Counted from the first letter of the stretch, positions 7,638 to 18,142 are shown. The stretch is 64,000 nucleotides of DNA from an uncultured Acidobacteriaceae bacterium (GCA_963723135.1 CAVRPN010000007.1:1229373-1293372), one strand, 5' to 3'. The notes: generated by a model not told the origin, from the sequence alone. Made by a program: numbers and translations.

Positions 7638-10600
7638 CTATTTCGGGTTGGCTCCCAGATCGTCGTGCTCGTGATAGTTGGGGTAAGCTGGGCGCTTGAA
7701 CTCGGGCAACGGATGTTCTTTCAGTTCCTGCATCACGACCTCGATGGCCTTGTCCAGTTGCGCGTCGTGGCCCTGACGCCAGGCCGCGGGATCGAGATCG
7801 ATATCGTAGTCCGGAGCCACGCCGTGGTTCTCCACCTCCCATTCGCCTTTGAGCCCGTAGATCGCGGCACGCGGAGCGGTTACGTTTCCGCCGTCGATCA
7901 ACTCGGGATAGCCGCCGATCCCGACGAGTCCGCCCCAGGTTCTTTTCCCGATGAGCGGACCGATGCCCGCTTTGCGGAAATACCAGGGCAGCGCATCGCC
8001 GCCGGAGCCCGACATTTCGTTGATGATCATCACCTTCGGCCCGTAGATGGCTTCCGACGGGCTCGACCAGTCGTGGCCCTCGCGCGTCACGACCTTGCTC
8101 ATGATGGGGCGCTTCAGGTAGTCGATGATGTAGTCGGCCAGCTGGCCGCCTTCGTTGAAGCGCTCGTCGATGATGGCCGCGTCTTTGCCCACTTGCGAGA
8201 AGAAGTAGCGGTTGAAGCTGGTGTAGCCTCCACCGCCGGTATTGGGCACATAGACGTAGGCCACACGGCCACCGGTGGCCTTATCGACCTTGCGGCGGTT
8301 GCTTTCGATCCAGTCGAGGTGGCGCAGGCCTTCTTCGCTCTCCACGGGAACGACGGTGACCTCACGAGAATCTTTACCGTCGGGATTTGCACCCACCTTG
8401 AGCACGACCTGCTTGCCGGCAGTTTCCTCGAAGAAGCTGAAGATGTTGTCGGTGGAATGCAGTTCGCGGCCGTTTACGGCGAGAATGTAATCCCCGGCTT
8501 TGACGTTGACTCCGGGCTGCGTGAGCGGCGCCTGCATGCCCGGATTCCAGTTTTCGCCGTCATACACTTTGGCCAGGCGGTAGCGGCCGTTCTCCAGGCT
8601 GTAGTCGGCGCCCAAAAGCCCGCCGCTAACTTTCTTCGGTTGTGGCTGCTCTCCACCGCCCACGAACATGTGGCCGACGGTCAACTCTCCCAAGCATTCT
8701 TCAAACAGATAGGTGAGCTCATTGCGCGAGGCGATTCCATCCAGATAGGGCTCGTATTTCTTTTTCGCTTTCTCGAGATCGAGACCGTGATAATGCGGAT
8801 CGTAGAAGAAATCCCGCTCTATGCGCCAGGTCTCGTTGTAGGTCTGTTTCCACATGGCGCGGGGTTCGACGTAAACCTGCCAGCCATCCAACTTGAGCGG
8901 ACCAATTCCGGGTTTGGGTGGACCGCCGGGGCTGGGCGGTTCGTCGGAGGAGGCCGTCGCCCAGGATTCTCCTTTGCGGTAAAGAATCTTTCCACCATCG
9001 AAGGAAACGGCGAAATCGTTGACGTCGTCGAGAAACTTGTCGACTTTGCGCTTGCTGAGATCGAACTTCTGGATGGTCTGGGACAGGTTGGGCCCGTCCT
9101 CTTCGGTGATGACGGCTGGGCCTTCGGAGAGAAACAGGATTCCGGATTTGCCGGCCAACAGGTTGACGTAGTTCTTGGCGGGGATGGGTAGGGAGAGAAT
9201 GCGCTGTCCGATACCGTCGACGTCCATCTTGACGACGACCGGCTCTTCTTTCTTGTCTTTGTCTTTGTCTTTGTCTTTATCTTTATTTTGTGCGTCTTTG
9301 GCTTTGTCTTTGTCTTTAGACTGATCGTTTGATTTGTCGCCCTTGTCGGCAGACTTGTCCTTATCCTGATCGGCCTTCTTCTCTTCTTTCGGTTTCTCCT
9401 CGTCGCTTTCGGGAGCGAGCGGCGATTTTTCGTCCTTGCTCAGCACCGCGACGTAGGCGCTGCGGGTGATGCGATGCTCATCGCTGGTCATATCAAGGCC
9501 GGCGGTGGAAAGCGCCACGTCAGTTGACGCGGTGAAGTAGAGGTACTTGCCGTTCTTGTCGAAGACGGGATAGAGCGCGTCGCTCATGCCGTCAGTGATC
9601 TGAAAGAACTTGCCCTGTTCCAGCGAATAAACGAAGACCGCATGCTGTCCGCTGGGTAGCTGCCTGGCATAGGCGATCCACTTGCTGTCGGGCGCCCAGG
9701 TCTGTCCGAGCTGCGTGGGACCGAATCCGCCGAAGTAGTCGGTATCGACGAGCTTCGGCTTGGGGTTGTCCAGGTCGACATACCAGAGATTCAGCCGCTT
9801 GTCTGAGTATGCGATCTTCTTGCTGTCGGGCGACCACGTGGGGGTGTAGAAAAACGATGGCGGATTGCCCAGATTGATGTGCCGCACTTCGCCCAGGCCA
9901 TTCTGGTCGCGGATGCAAAGTTCATATTCTCCGGATTCGTCGGAGAAATACGCGATCGATTTGCCATCCGGCGCCCACGCGGGATCGCGGTCGGCCACCG
10001 CAGGGCTATGCGTGATGTTGCGGATGTCTCCCTTGTCGGTGGGAACGGTGAAGATTTCGCCCCAGGCCTCAAATAGAGCACGAACTCCGGTCGGGGAAAT
10101 CGCGAAATTCTGAATGCGCTTGGGATCGACCTTGGCAAAGTGCGGCCGCACGGCGTCGAGATCGCCGGAAACGCGAATGGGAACGGTCTTGGCCTGGTGG
10201 GTATTGAGATCGTAAAGCTTGATCGAACCGAATTGCTCAATCACGATCGCATCCGGCCCCGCCGATGCCGTCTTGAAATCGAGGCCATCGCTGTGCAGAG
10301 CTTCCGAGACTTCTTTGGTTTTCGTGTCGTAGGCGAACAGGCTCACCGGGCCATTGCGGTCGGAGAGAAAGTAAACGGTGTCGCCCACCCACATGGGGTA
10401 GTGATCGTTGGAGTTATCGCGGGGAACCCTGGTGATGCTGGAGTCCTTCAAGTCAGCCAGCCAAACGGGCGTGGTTTGGCCGCCGTGATAGCGCTTCCAG
10501 GCTGCCTCCCACTGAATATGAGGAACGTACGCCAGGTGAGTGCCGTCGGGAGAGAACGAAGCCTCGGCCGCGATTGGAATGGGCAACTCGGTGGGAAATC

Positions 10601-11045
10601 CGCCATCGACGGGCACGGTGTAGAGCTGAAATTCGAAATGGCGGAAGCTGTTACCCCAGCTCATGTAGAGAATCTTCTTGCCATCGGGCGTCCAGCCGAG
10701 AACAAATTCGTCGGCGGGATGGAAGGTGAGGCGTTTGGGCACGCCACCAGCGGCCGGGATGACGAAGACATCACGGTTGCCATCGTATTCCCCGGTGAAT
10801 GCGATCAGCGATCCGTCGGGAGAAAAATGGGGCGAAGTTTCGTCCCCGATTGCCGAGGTGAGGCGGCGGGCATCGCCACCGTCGCGGCTGACGATCCACA
10901 GGTCGCCGCCGTAGTTGAAGACGACTTGCGTCTTGCTGACGGTGGGATCACGCAGCAACAGTGGAGGATCGTTCTGGGCGACGGCGGAGGGAGAAAAGCA
11001 GGAAACCAAGGCGAGGGCGAAGATCCCCGCGAGAAGTTTGCGCAT
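7638..11045 (-). CDS. Tricorn-like protease (TolB/WD40-like beta-propellers + PDZ + S41 peptidase domain)
   Basis: ATG 11045 is preceded by AGGAG and gives the signal peptide MRKLLAGIFALALVSCFSPSAVAQ; the track start 11063 is a TTG. The N-terminal propeller repeats and the C-terminal S41-like region (INEMSGSGGDALPWYF) match tricorn protease homologues. Confidence 0.85.
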   Translation of the reverse strand: MRKLLAGIFALALVSCFSPSAVAQNDPPLLLRDPTVSKTQVVFNYGGDLWIVSRDGGDARRLTSAIGDETSPHFSPDGSLIAFTGEYDGNRDVFVIPAAGGVPKRLTFHPADEFVLGWTPDGKKILYMSWGNSFRHFEFQLYTVPVDGGFPTELPIPIAAEASFSPDGTHLAYVPHIQWEAAWKRYHGGQTTPVWLADLKDSSITRVPRDNSNDHYPMWVGDTVYFLSDRNGPVSLFAYDTKTKEVSEALHSDGLDFKTASAGPDAIVIEQFGSIKLYDLNTHQAKTVPIRVSGDLDAVRPHFAKVDPKRIQNFAISPTGVRALFEAWGEIFTVPTDKGDIRNITHSPAVADRDPAWAPDGKSIAYFSDESGEYELCIRDQNGLGEVRHINLGNPPSFFYTPTWSPDSKKIAYSDKRLNLWYVDLDNPKPKLVDTDYFGGFGPTQLGQTWAPDSKWIAYARQLPSGQHAVFVYSLEQGKFFQITDGMSDALYPVFDKNGKYLYFTASTDVALSTAGLDMTSDEHRITRSAYVAVLSKDEKSPLAPESDEEKPKEEKKADQDKDKSADKGDKSNDQSKDKDKAKDAQNKDKDKDKDKDKKEEPVVVKMDVDGIGQRILSLPIPAKNYVNLLAGKSGILFLSEGPAVITEEDGPNLSQTIQKFDLSKRKVDKFLDDVNDFAVSFDGGKILYRKGESWATASSDEPPSPGGPPKPGIGPLKLDGWQVYVEPRAMWKQTYNETWRIERDFFYDPHYHGLDLEKAKKKYEPYLDGIASRNELTYLFEECLGELTVGHMFVGGGEQPQPKKVSGGLLGADYSLENGRYRLAKVYDGENWNPGMQAPLTQPGVNVKAGDYILAVNGRELHSTDNIFSFFEETAGKQVVLKVGANPDGKDSREVTVVPVESEEGLRHLDWIESNRRKVDKATGGRVAYVYVPNTGGGGYTSFNRYFFSQVGKDAAIIDERFNEGGQLADYIIDYLKRPIMSKVVTREGHDWSSPSEAIYGPKVMIINEMSGSGGDALPWYFRKAGIGPLIGKRTWGGLVGIGGYPELIDGGNVTAPRAAIYGLKGEWEVENHGVAPDYDIDLDPAAWRQGHDAQLDKAIEVVMQELKEHPLPEFKRPAYPNYHEHDDLGANPK

Positions 11046-11181
11046 TGTAAGAGCTCCTGACAATGACTAGAAAAGCGACGAGGAATCTTAGTTCTCGGCC
11101 TACACGAGGGTCAACCCAGACGTAGACGGGTTGTCGGCTGTCCTCTCGGCCGGTACACTCTTTGAGGCACAAGGAGAATCC

Positions 11182-13185
11182 ATGGGAAAGCGGCGCAGCA
11201 GAGCTGGTCTGGAGGCGGTCACATCGCGGGGGCTGATTCTGGCGCTCGGCATGGCGGTGTTATTCATCGCGCTGGGCAACGGTTGGACGGTGCAGCCGCT
11301 CGCCGCTCAAACGGCGCAGCCGGCCGCGAGCCTGCCGAGCGAAACACCGGAAACATTTGCGCCCGTCACCGCCAGCTTCGATTACGTCAAGCGCGAGGTG
11401 ATGATCCCCATGCGCGACGGCGTGAAACTGCACACCGTCATTGTTATTCCCAAGGGCGCGAAAGGGGCTCCAATCCTGCTGACGCGCACGCCCTACAATG
11501 CCAGCGCGCAAGTCAGCCACGCTGCCAGCTCTCACCTCGGGCCCATTCTCAGCGGATACGACAATGCCACGGATGTGATCGTTGAAGGCGGCTACATCCG
11601 GGCGATTCAAGACGTGCGCGGCAAATACGGCTCCGAAGGCGACTACGTGATGACGCGTCCTCTGCGCGGGCCGCTGAATCCCACGCCGGTCGATCACTCC
11701 ACGGATACTTACGACACCATCGACTGGCTGGTGAAGAATGTGCCGGAGAGCAATTGCAAAGTCGGCATCCTGGGCATTTCGTACGATGGCTTCACGACGC
11801 TGATGGGGTTGGTCAATCCGCATCCAGCACTCAAGGTAGCGGTGCCGATGAATCCCATGGTCGATGGCTGGATGGGTGACGACTGGTTTCACAACGGAGC
11901 TTTCCGCGAGCAGAATCTGCCCTACATCTATGAGCAGGAAGCGACCCGCGCCAACGACGCGCAATGGTGGAGCAACCACTTCGACGACTACGACGTGTAC
12001 ATGGAGGCGGGATCGGCGGGCGAACTCGGCCGGAGCCACGGAATGGAGCAGGTTGGTTTCTGGCGCAAACTGCTGGAGCATCCCAGCTACGACGCCTGGT
12101 GGCAGGAGCAGGCGATGGACAAAATTCTGGCGGCGAAGCCGCTGACCGTTCCAACCCTGCTGGTGGACAGCCTGTGGGACCAGGAAGACATTTATGGCGC
12201 GCCGGCCGTGTACAAGGCCCTGAAACCGAAAGACAGCAACAACAAATTGTTTCTCGTGATGGGGCCGTGGCATCACGGGCAGGAGATCGGGGACGGCAGC
12301 AAGCTGGGCGCGCTGAATTTCAACAGCGACACCGGGCTCTACTTCCGCACGAAGATCCTAGGGCCATTCCTTGATCAATATCTCAAGGATGGCGCGCCCA
12401 GGGCCGATGTCGCGCCCGTGACCGCGTTCGAGACCGGGGCGAACACATGGGAGCGGCTGCCTTCGTGGCCCGCGGGATGTGCGAGTGGCTGTACGGTGCA
12501 GGCGAGGCCGCTGTATCTGAAAGCCGGCCTGAAGCTGAGTTTCGACGCGCCCGCCGCCGGGGATACAGTGTTTGACGAATACGTCTCTGATCCTGCCAAG
12601 CCTGTTCCCTTCCGGGCGCGGCCGATTCAACCGGTGGGATACACCGGCAGATTCACCTGGGCCGAGTGGCTGGTGGACGACCAGCGCGAAGCTTCGGGCC
12701 GTCCCGATGTCCTGGCTTTCACTTCCGATGTCCTGACCGCACCGGTGAAGATCAGCGGCCAGCCAGTGGCGAATCTGGTGGCTTCCACCAGCGGCACCGA
12801 TTCTGACTGGGTGGTGAAGGTGATCGACGTCTATCCCGACGAAGTGGCGGGAGACGAGCAGATGGGCGGCTATCAGCTGATGGTTTCCGCCGACATTTTC
12901 CGCGGTCGTTATCGCGAAAGCCTGGAGACGGCAAAGGCCATCGCCCCGGACAAGCCCTTGCTCTACAAATTCACTTTGCCAACGGCGAATCACGTTTTTC
13001 TGCCCGGGCATCGCATCATGGTGCAGATTCAGTCGAGCTGGTTTCCGCTTTACGACCGCAATCCGCAGACGTTCGTGCCCAACATCTTCTGGGCCAAACC
13101 GCGGGATTATCGCAAGGCGGTACAACGCGTTTACCACGAGCCGGGCGAGGCTAGTTTTGTGGAAATGCCCGTGGTGGGGAACTAG
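11182..13185 (+). CDS. CocE/NonD family hydrolase (S15 X-Pro dipeptidyl-peptidase-like)
   Basis: ATG 11182 with AAGGAG at 11171. Signal/TM segment present. Motifs LTRTPYNAS and GISYDGF (GxSYxG nucleophile elbow), plus a C-terminal beta-sandwich region. Confidence 0.85.
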   Translation: MGKRRSRAGLEAVTSRGLILALGMAVLFIALGNGWTVQPLAAQTAQPAASLPSETPETFAPVTASFDYVKREVMIPMRDGVKLHTVIVIPKGAKGAPILLTRTPYNASAQVSHAASSHLGPILSGYDNATDVIVEGGYIRAIQDVRGKYGSEGDYVMTRPLRGPLNPTPVDHSTDTYDTIDWLVKNVPESNCKVGILGISYDGFTTLMGLVNPHPALKVAVPMNPMVDGWMGDDWFHNGAFREQNLPYIYEQEATRANDAQWWSNHFDDYDVYMEAGSAGELGRSHGMEQVGFWRKLLEHPSYDAWWQEQAMDKILAAKPLTVPTLLVDSLWDQEDIYGAPAVYKALKPKDSNNKLFLVMGPWHHGQEIGDGSKLGALNFNSDTGLYFRTKILGPFLDQYLKDGAPRADVAPVTAFETGANTWERLPSWPAGCASGCTVQARPLYLKAGLKLSFDAPAAGDTVFDEYVSDPAKPVPFRARPIQPVGYTGRFTWAEWLVDDQREASGRPDVLAFTSDVLTAPVKISGQPVANLVASTSGTDSDWVVKVIDVYPDEVAGDEQMGGYQLMVSADIFRGRYRESLETAKAIAPDKPLLYKFTLPTANHVFLPGHRIMVQIQSSWFPLYDRNPQTFVPNIFWAKPRDYRKAVQRVYHEPGEASFVEMPVVGN

Positions 13186-13228
13186 AAAGGCCCAGTCGGC
13201 GCTGCAGTGTTACGTGTGGATTTTTCGT

Positions 13229-13660
13229 GTGTGGTCCACCGTGATTGCTCCGATTGAGCGAGACTGCAATAGGTCTAACGACGTGGATCCTAAGCTTTGG
13301 CAATCGAGATTTCGATCGCTCCTACGACTGGGCATTGTCTCCCTGTTCGGCCTGGCCATTCTGCTCCCCTGCATATTTATGGGACCAGTGGCTCCCCTCG
13401 CCCTCGCCCTTGCGGGCATGGTGCTCTTTATCCCTGGTGCGGTTTACCTGGTGCTGGTGACGATTTGGCACTGGAAAGAGCGATATCGCGGAAGGCACAG
13501 CGACCTTTGGGGCGGGCTGATCCTGCTAGAGACTACGGGCTGGTTCAAAATCGTTTATCTGTTCAGACACATTATCCCGGACGCCCGCAGGACGGGTCGT
13601 TATGCTCCACGTACTCCGCCGGACAAAGAGCAGGGGCAGGCTCCTGAGGCTGACCGCTAA
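13229..13660 (+). CDS. Hypothetical membrane protein
   Basis: ORF 13157..13660; the first 24 codons overlap the preceding gene, so an in-frame GTG (13229 or 13241) is the more plausible start. It has two to three hydrophobic segments and lower local GC. No recognisable family. Confidence 0.35.
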   Translation: MWSTVIAPIERDCNRSNDVDPKLWQSRFRSLLRLGIVSLFGLAILLPCIFMGPVAPLALALAGMVLFIPGAVYLVLVTIWHWKERYRGRHSDLWGGLILLETTGWFKIVYLFRHIIPDARRTGRYAPRTPPDKEQGQAPEADR

Positions 13661-13689
13661 CGGCGCTCGAGACGGGAAATCTCCAGCAT

Positions 13690-14967
13690 CTAGCCCTGTC
13701 CGGGCTTTGATCTTCCCTTCCCTGGCAGCCCGGCCGGGTTTTCATGCGTCCGCTCGCGGAATGTGCCCTTCATCCCTGCCGCCAGCTTGACGCTGGACTC
13801 GCCAAACCTATCGCGCAGGCGGTCGGCAGCGGCGAGGGCGTCTTTCCAGCGCTGCTGACGGCCGCCTTCGAGCAGATTCATCTGGTCGGGGTCAGCGGTC
13901 GTGAACGAGCCCGCATGCACGCCCAGCAACCGCACCTGCTGGCCTTTCTTCCAGTTCTTGCGGAACAGTGCGCGGATCTGCTCGAAGATTTCGGTGTCGA
14001 GCTGCGTGGGCGTGGGCAGCGTATGCGCGCGCGTGATGGTGGTGAAGTCTTTGTAGCGCAACTTCAGCTGGATGGTCCGGGCATAGAAGTTGGCTTCGCG
14101 GAGGCGGCGGCCCACCATTTCTGACAAGCGCATCAGCGTGGCCTCGAGTTGGTTGGCATCAGCGGTGTCTTCGTTATACGTGTGCTCGTGGCTGATGGAT
14201 TTGGCCTCAAGGTCCGCGCCGACTTCGTTGTCGAACCATCCCCCGGCGTCTTCGCCGCGCGCCTTGCCCGCGAGCGCCAGACCCCACTTGCCGAAACGTT
14301 CTTCCAACTCGCCCTCGTCCAGCTGAGCCAAGTCGCCGACCTTCCTGATGCCAAGCGCGTGCAGGTGGCTCTCCATCACTTTGCCGACGCCGGGAATCTC
14401 GCGCACGTCGAGCGGCGCCAGAAACTTCGCCTCCTCGCCCGTGACAATCCAGAGCACGCCGTTGGGCTTGGCCTGCGCCGACGAAACTTTGGCGATGAGC
14501 CGCGACGAGCCAATTCCCACGGAGCAGTTCAACCGAGTTTGGGCCTTCATGCGTTCATGCAAGGTGTTGGCGGCTTTGAGCGGCGGTCCGTGCAGGCGCG
14601 CCGTGCCGGTCATGTCGAGATAGGCCTCGTCGATGGAAGCCATCTCGACCAGCGGAGAAAAAGAACTGAGCACCGCGAAAACTTTCTCCGAGCATTCGCG
14701 GTAGCGCTCAGGATGGCCGTCGACAAAAATGGCCTGCGGACAGAGCTTGGCCGCGGTGCGCAGCGGCATGGCCGAGTGCACGCCAAACTTGCGTGCCGCA
14801 TAGGAGGCCGCGGAAACTACGCCGCGCTCGTTCCGTTGCCCGCCGACCACCACCGGCTTGCCTTTCAGCGAGGGGTCGTACAGCTCTTCCACAGAGACGA
14901 AGAAGGCATCCATGTCGACGTGGAAGATGGTGCGGGAGAAACCGGGGACGGTGGAAACCGCGGCCAT
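13690..14967 (-). CDS. dinB: DNA polymerase IV (Y-family)
   Basis: 425 aa. The N-terminus IFHVDMDAFFVSVEELYDPSLKGKPVVVGG and the SIDEAYLD motif are diagnostic for DinB/UmuC-family polymerases. Confidence 0.9.
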   Translation of the reverse strand: MAAVSTVPGFSRTIFHVDMDAFFVSVEELYDPSLKGKPVVVGGQRNERGVVSAASYAARKFGVHSAMPLRTAAKLCPQAIFVDGHPERYRECSEKVFAVLSSFSPLVEMASIDEAYLDMTGTARLHGPPLKAANTLHERMKAQTRLNCSVGIGSSRLIAKVSSAQAKPNGVLWIVTGEEAKFLAPLDVREIPGVGKVMESHLHALGIRKVGDLAQLDEGELEERFGKWGLALAGKARGEDAGGWFDNEVGADLEAKSISHEHTYNEDTADANQLEATLMRLSEMVGRRLREANFYARTIQLKLRYKDFTTITRAHTLPTPTQLDTEIFEQIRALFRKNWKKGQQVRLLGVHAGSFTTADPDQMNLLEGGRQQRWKDALAAADRLRDRFGESSVKLAAGMKGTFRERTHENPAGLPGKGRSKPGQG

Positions 14968-15118
14968 AGTTAGGGAATTTTAACAGCCATGCTGGAGTCC
15001 GGACGTCTCCAAGTCTCGGGACGTGAGGATCAGATGTGTGTAATCGCCTGATTACATCAGTTGAGAATGGAGTCATATTTGACCGGTTTAACCGGGACAC
15101 AGTTCGAGGTCGTGGCAT

Positions 15119-15595
15119 ATGAAGATCAATGTTGTTCGGCTGATGGGAGTACTTTTTCTGTTAGCCAGCCTTTCTAGGGTCACAGCTCAGACCCAATCTA
15201 ACGGCTCTGACCTGCAATCGGTAGATTACAAGCCGGGCCAGGTGTGGACTATGAACCAAGGCATCACCGTCACGATTCTCGCGGTCGGGGATGTTCACGG
15301 AGCCGGTAAGGTCGTCCACGTCAGGGTCGATAAAATCCCATGGCAAAGTTGTGGGGATATTCATCTGACGAGAGCAATCGAGCATCTCGCCGTGACCCAG
15401 AAGATGATGCTTAAGAGTGGTCTTGTACTGTCAAAGGACAACATCGAATTGCCTGAGTCATCTATTGAGGCGTACCGAAAGTGGCAGGGGCAAAGGAAGC
15501 ACGAAATAGCAAAAGTGCCATTGCAGAAGGCCATTTTGGATGAAGGCTCAGCGATGGGGCCAATGATCTGCAATTTTGTTCCGAGCCAAACCTGA
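15119..15595 (+). CDS. Hypothetical secreted protein
   Basis: 158-aa ORF with signal peptide MKINVVRLMGVLFLLASLSRVTAQ. Local GC is about 45-50%. Confidence 0.5.
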   Translation: MKINVVRLMGVLFLLASLSRVTAQTQSNGSDLQSVDYKPGQVWTMNQGITVTILAVGDVHGAGKVVHVRVDKIPWQSCGDIHLTRAIEHLAVTQKMMLKSGLVLSKDNIELPESSIEAYRKWQGQRKHEIAKVPLQKAILDEGSAMGPMICNFVPSQT

Positions 15596-15688
15596 ATAGC
15601 TGTTGCAAGATCGCCATAACGCTCATCGAGACGCAGAGAGCGGCTTGGATGGCCGCGCCCGACGGGCATAGAATGTTCCGACCGCTAA

Positions 15689-16093
15689 ATGCCGAGGATT
15701 GGGATGTTGAGGAACTACTACATTAACAAGGAATGGATGGTGTCTGGCACAGCCCAGCACATCTATCGGGTCACTGCCAGTCTATCCTTGGTGTTGTTTT
15801 TCATGTTGATGGCATTGCGGTTGATGGGTGAGATTCCCAATGGTCTCCTCCCCATTGTGAAGTTGCTTCTACTCGCCGGTGTACTCGGAACTGCAACCAC
15901 AATGGTTGCAATGGAATATTTCTTGTTCGGCTTCGATAGCTCCTCTGCGACGAAAAAGGTGTCCTGGTTTTGCGTGATGCTGTTCCCGCCGCTCGGCCCC
16001 GCTCTCTACTGTTTCATCGTTTACCTGCGCTCGGATGTGCTTAAAGACTATGCCAAACGGGTAGAGGGACCACCCTTGGGCCGGGGGTTTTGA
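15689..16093 (+). CDS. Hypothetical membrane protein
   Basis: 134-aa ORF with three hydrophobic helices, in a low-GC region. No recognisable family. Confidence 0.45.
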   Translation: MPRIGMLRNYYINKEWMVSGTAQHIYRVTASLSLVLFFMLMALRLMGEIPNGLLPIVKLLLLAGVLGTATTMVAMEYFLFGFDSSSATKKVSWFCVMLFPPLGPALYCFIVYLRSDVLKDYAKRVEGPPLGRGF

Positions 16094-16348
16094 GTGTTAT
16101 CGCCTGTTAACGCCACCTATGCCCAGACTCTCGGTTTGGGCAGCGACGCCATACGACGTTTGCTCCCACTGGTTGCCGGATACGGCACGTTTGCATCGAG
16201 CGTATGCATGAAGCATGCGAGAGTATGTGATCACGGCTAACCGAATTGACGCATTGCCCGTCCAAGAAGCCGAGAGGCGATGGAGGACGAGGATCAAATT
16301 GGCCAATCATTGCGAAGAGGGGACTGGTCGCATACATCGGGAGGCGGC

Positions 16349-18142
16349 ATGAATATGAGCAGGAAATCTCTTGCCGGAGCATTCTCATTGGCGGTTGCGG
16401 CTCTTGGATGCGCGGTCGTATTGCAGAGCCAGGGTTTCGGGCAAGCACAAGGCCTAGAAGGCGTCTGGGGTGCGAAACGGCACTTTGGACCGGAAGTCCA
16501 GGGCAAATTGGAGATTCTTCGCGACGATCAGAACTGCCGCGCCATCATTGCCCAGTACAACGTCGAGTGCGTTCATCACAACCAGCGGATATCGTTCGAT
16601 CTGCCATCCGATAAAGGCAGCTTTACCGGACGCCTGCAAGAAAACGGGGCGGTCATTCGCGGTTTCTGGATCCAACCTCCTACCGTAAACACCGGGGCTA
16701 AGTTTGCTTCGCCCGTCGTGCTCCGCTCCAAGGGTAAGGATGACTGGCAAGGTGAGGTTGTCCCGCTGCAAAACGAATTTACGCTTTATCTCGTGGTGAG
16801 CCGCAGGCCCGATGGCTCCATGGGAGCCTTTATACGAAACCCGGACAGGAACATCGGCGTGCTTTGGAAGGTAGACCGGCTGGAGCAAGATGGCAACCGG
16901 ATCAAGCTCGTGGGTCAGCCAACCGAGCAAAAGCCCGGGAGAGTGTTCGCGGAGGGAATCTACCATCCCGATGACAACCGCATCTCCCTCTACACCAATC
17001 GGGGCGGCACCTATGACTTCGAGCCCGTTTCTGACGACTCCAGTTTCTATGCGCGTGGGAAAAATCCGACCCCTTACGAATACAGGCCGCCGATTGCCGA
17101 GGGCGATGGGTGGAAGGTAGGAAGGCTGGAAGAGGTCGGAATGGAGCGAGGTCCTATTGCGGAACTTGTGCACACGATCGACAGTGTCCCGGCGAAATCA
17201 GTGCATGATCCTTACGTTCACGGGTTTCTCGTGGCCCGGCATGGAAAGCTGGTGGCCGAGGAATATTTCTACGGGTTTAGCAAGTTCAAGCCACACGACA
17301 CCCGTTCGGCAAGCAAGAGCGTAACGGCGACTTTGTTCGGTGCTGTGATGGAGAATGGGGCGAAGCTCTCTCCGTCGACGAAAGTTTATGATCTGCTCTA
17401 CCAAGGGAAATTGCCTGACGACATTGATCCACGAAAGAAAGAGATGACCGTCGAGCACCTCCTGACGATGTCATCCGGATATGACTGCGACGATTCGAAC
17501 GGCTCCCGTCCGGGCAGCGAAGACGTTCTGCTCGATGAACAGAAGGACCCTGACTACTACCGGTACACCTTGCAGCTTCCACTGGATCCTAAGCTGAAAC
17601 CCGGCCAGGAGGCCGTGTATTGCTCGATTAATCCCAATTTGGTGGGCGACGTGATCGCAACCGCCGCAAACAAGCCTTTACCTGAGCTTTTTTCCGACCT
17701 GCTCGCTGGGCCGCTACAACTGCGAGACTATCACTTGTATCTTCAGCCGACGGGAGAGCCGTATATGGGGGGAGGCATTTATTGGCTTCCCCGGGATTTC
17801 ATGAAGTTTGGGCAGCTAATGCTCAACGGCGGCGTATGGAACGGTAAGAGGATCGTCGGCAAGGAGTACGAGGCTCGAGCCTCCTCGCCCCTGGTCACCA
17901 TTCGAGGCACCACCAAAAAATACGGATACCTCTGGTGGGTAGCCGACTTCCCTTATCGAGACCGAACCGTAAGGTCCTATTATGCCGATGGCAATGGTGG
18001 AAATTATGTCCTGGTATTCCCGGAACTGGATATGGTCGTCGCATTCAATGCCGGAAATTATGCTGACCACGCAGTCAGGGTCATCCTTAACGAATACGTG
18101 CCAAAGTTCATCCTGGCGGCGCTCAAAGACGAATCTCGCTGA
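16349..18142 (+). CDS. Serine hydrolase, beta-lactamase/PBP-like family, with an N-terminal extra domain
   Basis: ATG 16349 (or 16355) gives the signal peptide MNMSRKSLAGAFSLAVAALGCAVVLQS. An SxxK motif sits in TRSASKSVTATLFG, and the C-terminal half resembles class C beta-lactamase-fold esterases/peptidases. Confidence 0.7.
   Translation: MNMSRKSLAGAFSLAVAALGCAVVLQSQGFGQAQGLEGVWGAKRHFGPEVQGKLEILRDDQNCRAIIAQYNVECVHHNQRISFDLPSDKGSFTGRLQENGAVIRGFWIQPPTVNTGAKFASPVVLRSKGKDDWQGEVVPLQNEFTLYLVVSRRPDGSMGAFIRNPDRNIGVLWKVDRLEQDGNRIKLVGQPTEQKPGRVFAEGIYHPDDNRISLYTNRGGTYDFEPVSDDSSFYARGKNPTPYEYRPPIAEGDGWKVGRLEEVGMERGPIAELVHTIDSVPAKSVHDPYVHGFLVARHGKLVAEEYFYGFSKFKPHDTRSASKSVTATLFGAVMENGAKLSPSTKVYDLLYQGKLPDDIDPRKKEMTVEHLLTMSSGYDCDDSNGSRPGSEDVLLDEQKDPDYYRYTLQLPLDPKLKPGQEAVYCSINPNLVGDVIATAANKPLPELFSDLLAGPLQLRDYHLYLQPTGEPYMGGGIYWLPRDFMKFGQLMLNGGVWNGKRIVGKEYEARASSPLVTIRGTTKKYGYLWWVADFPYRDRTVRSYYADGNGGNYVLVFPELDMVVAFNAGNYADHAVRVILNEYVPKFILAALKDESR

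Noticed and set aside
14968-15118. LexA/SOS box upstream of dinB
   Set aside because: I looked for the GTTC-N7-GTTC direct repeat reported for Acidobacterium-type LexA, and for CTGT-N8-ACAG and GAAC-N4-GTTC types. None is present. The only palindrome (TGTAATC-N4-GATTACA) recurs at non-promoter positions, so it is treated as an islet-boundary motif instead.
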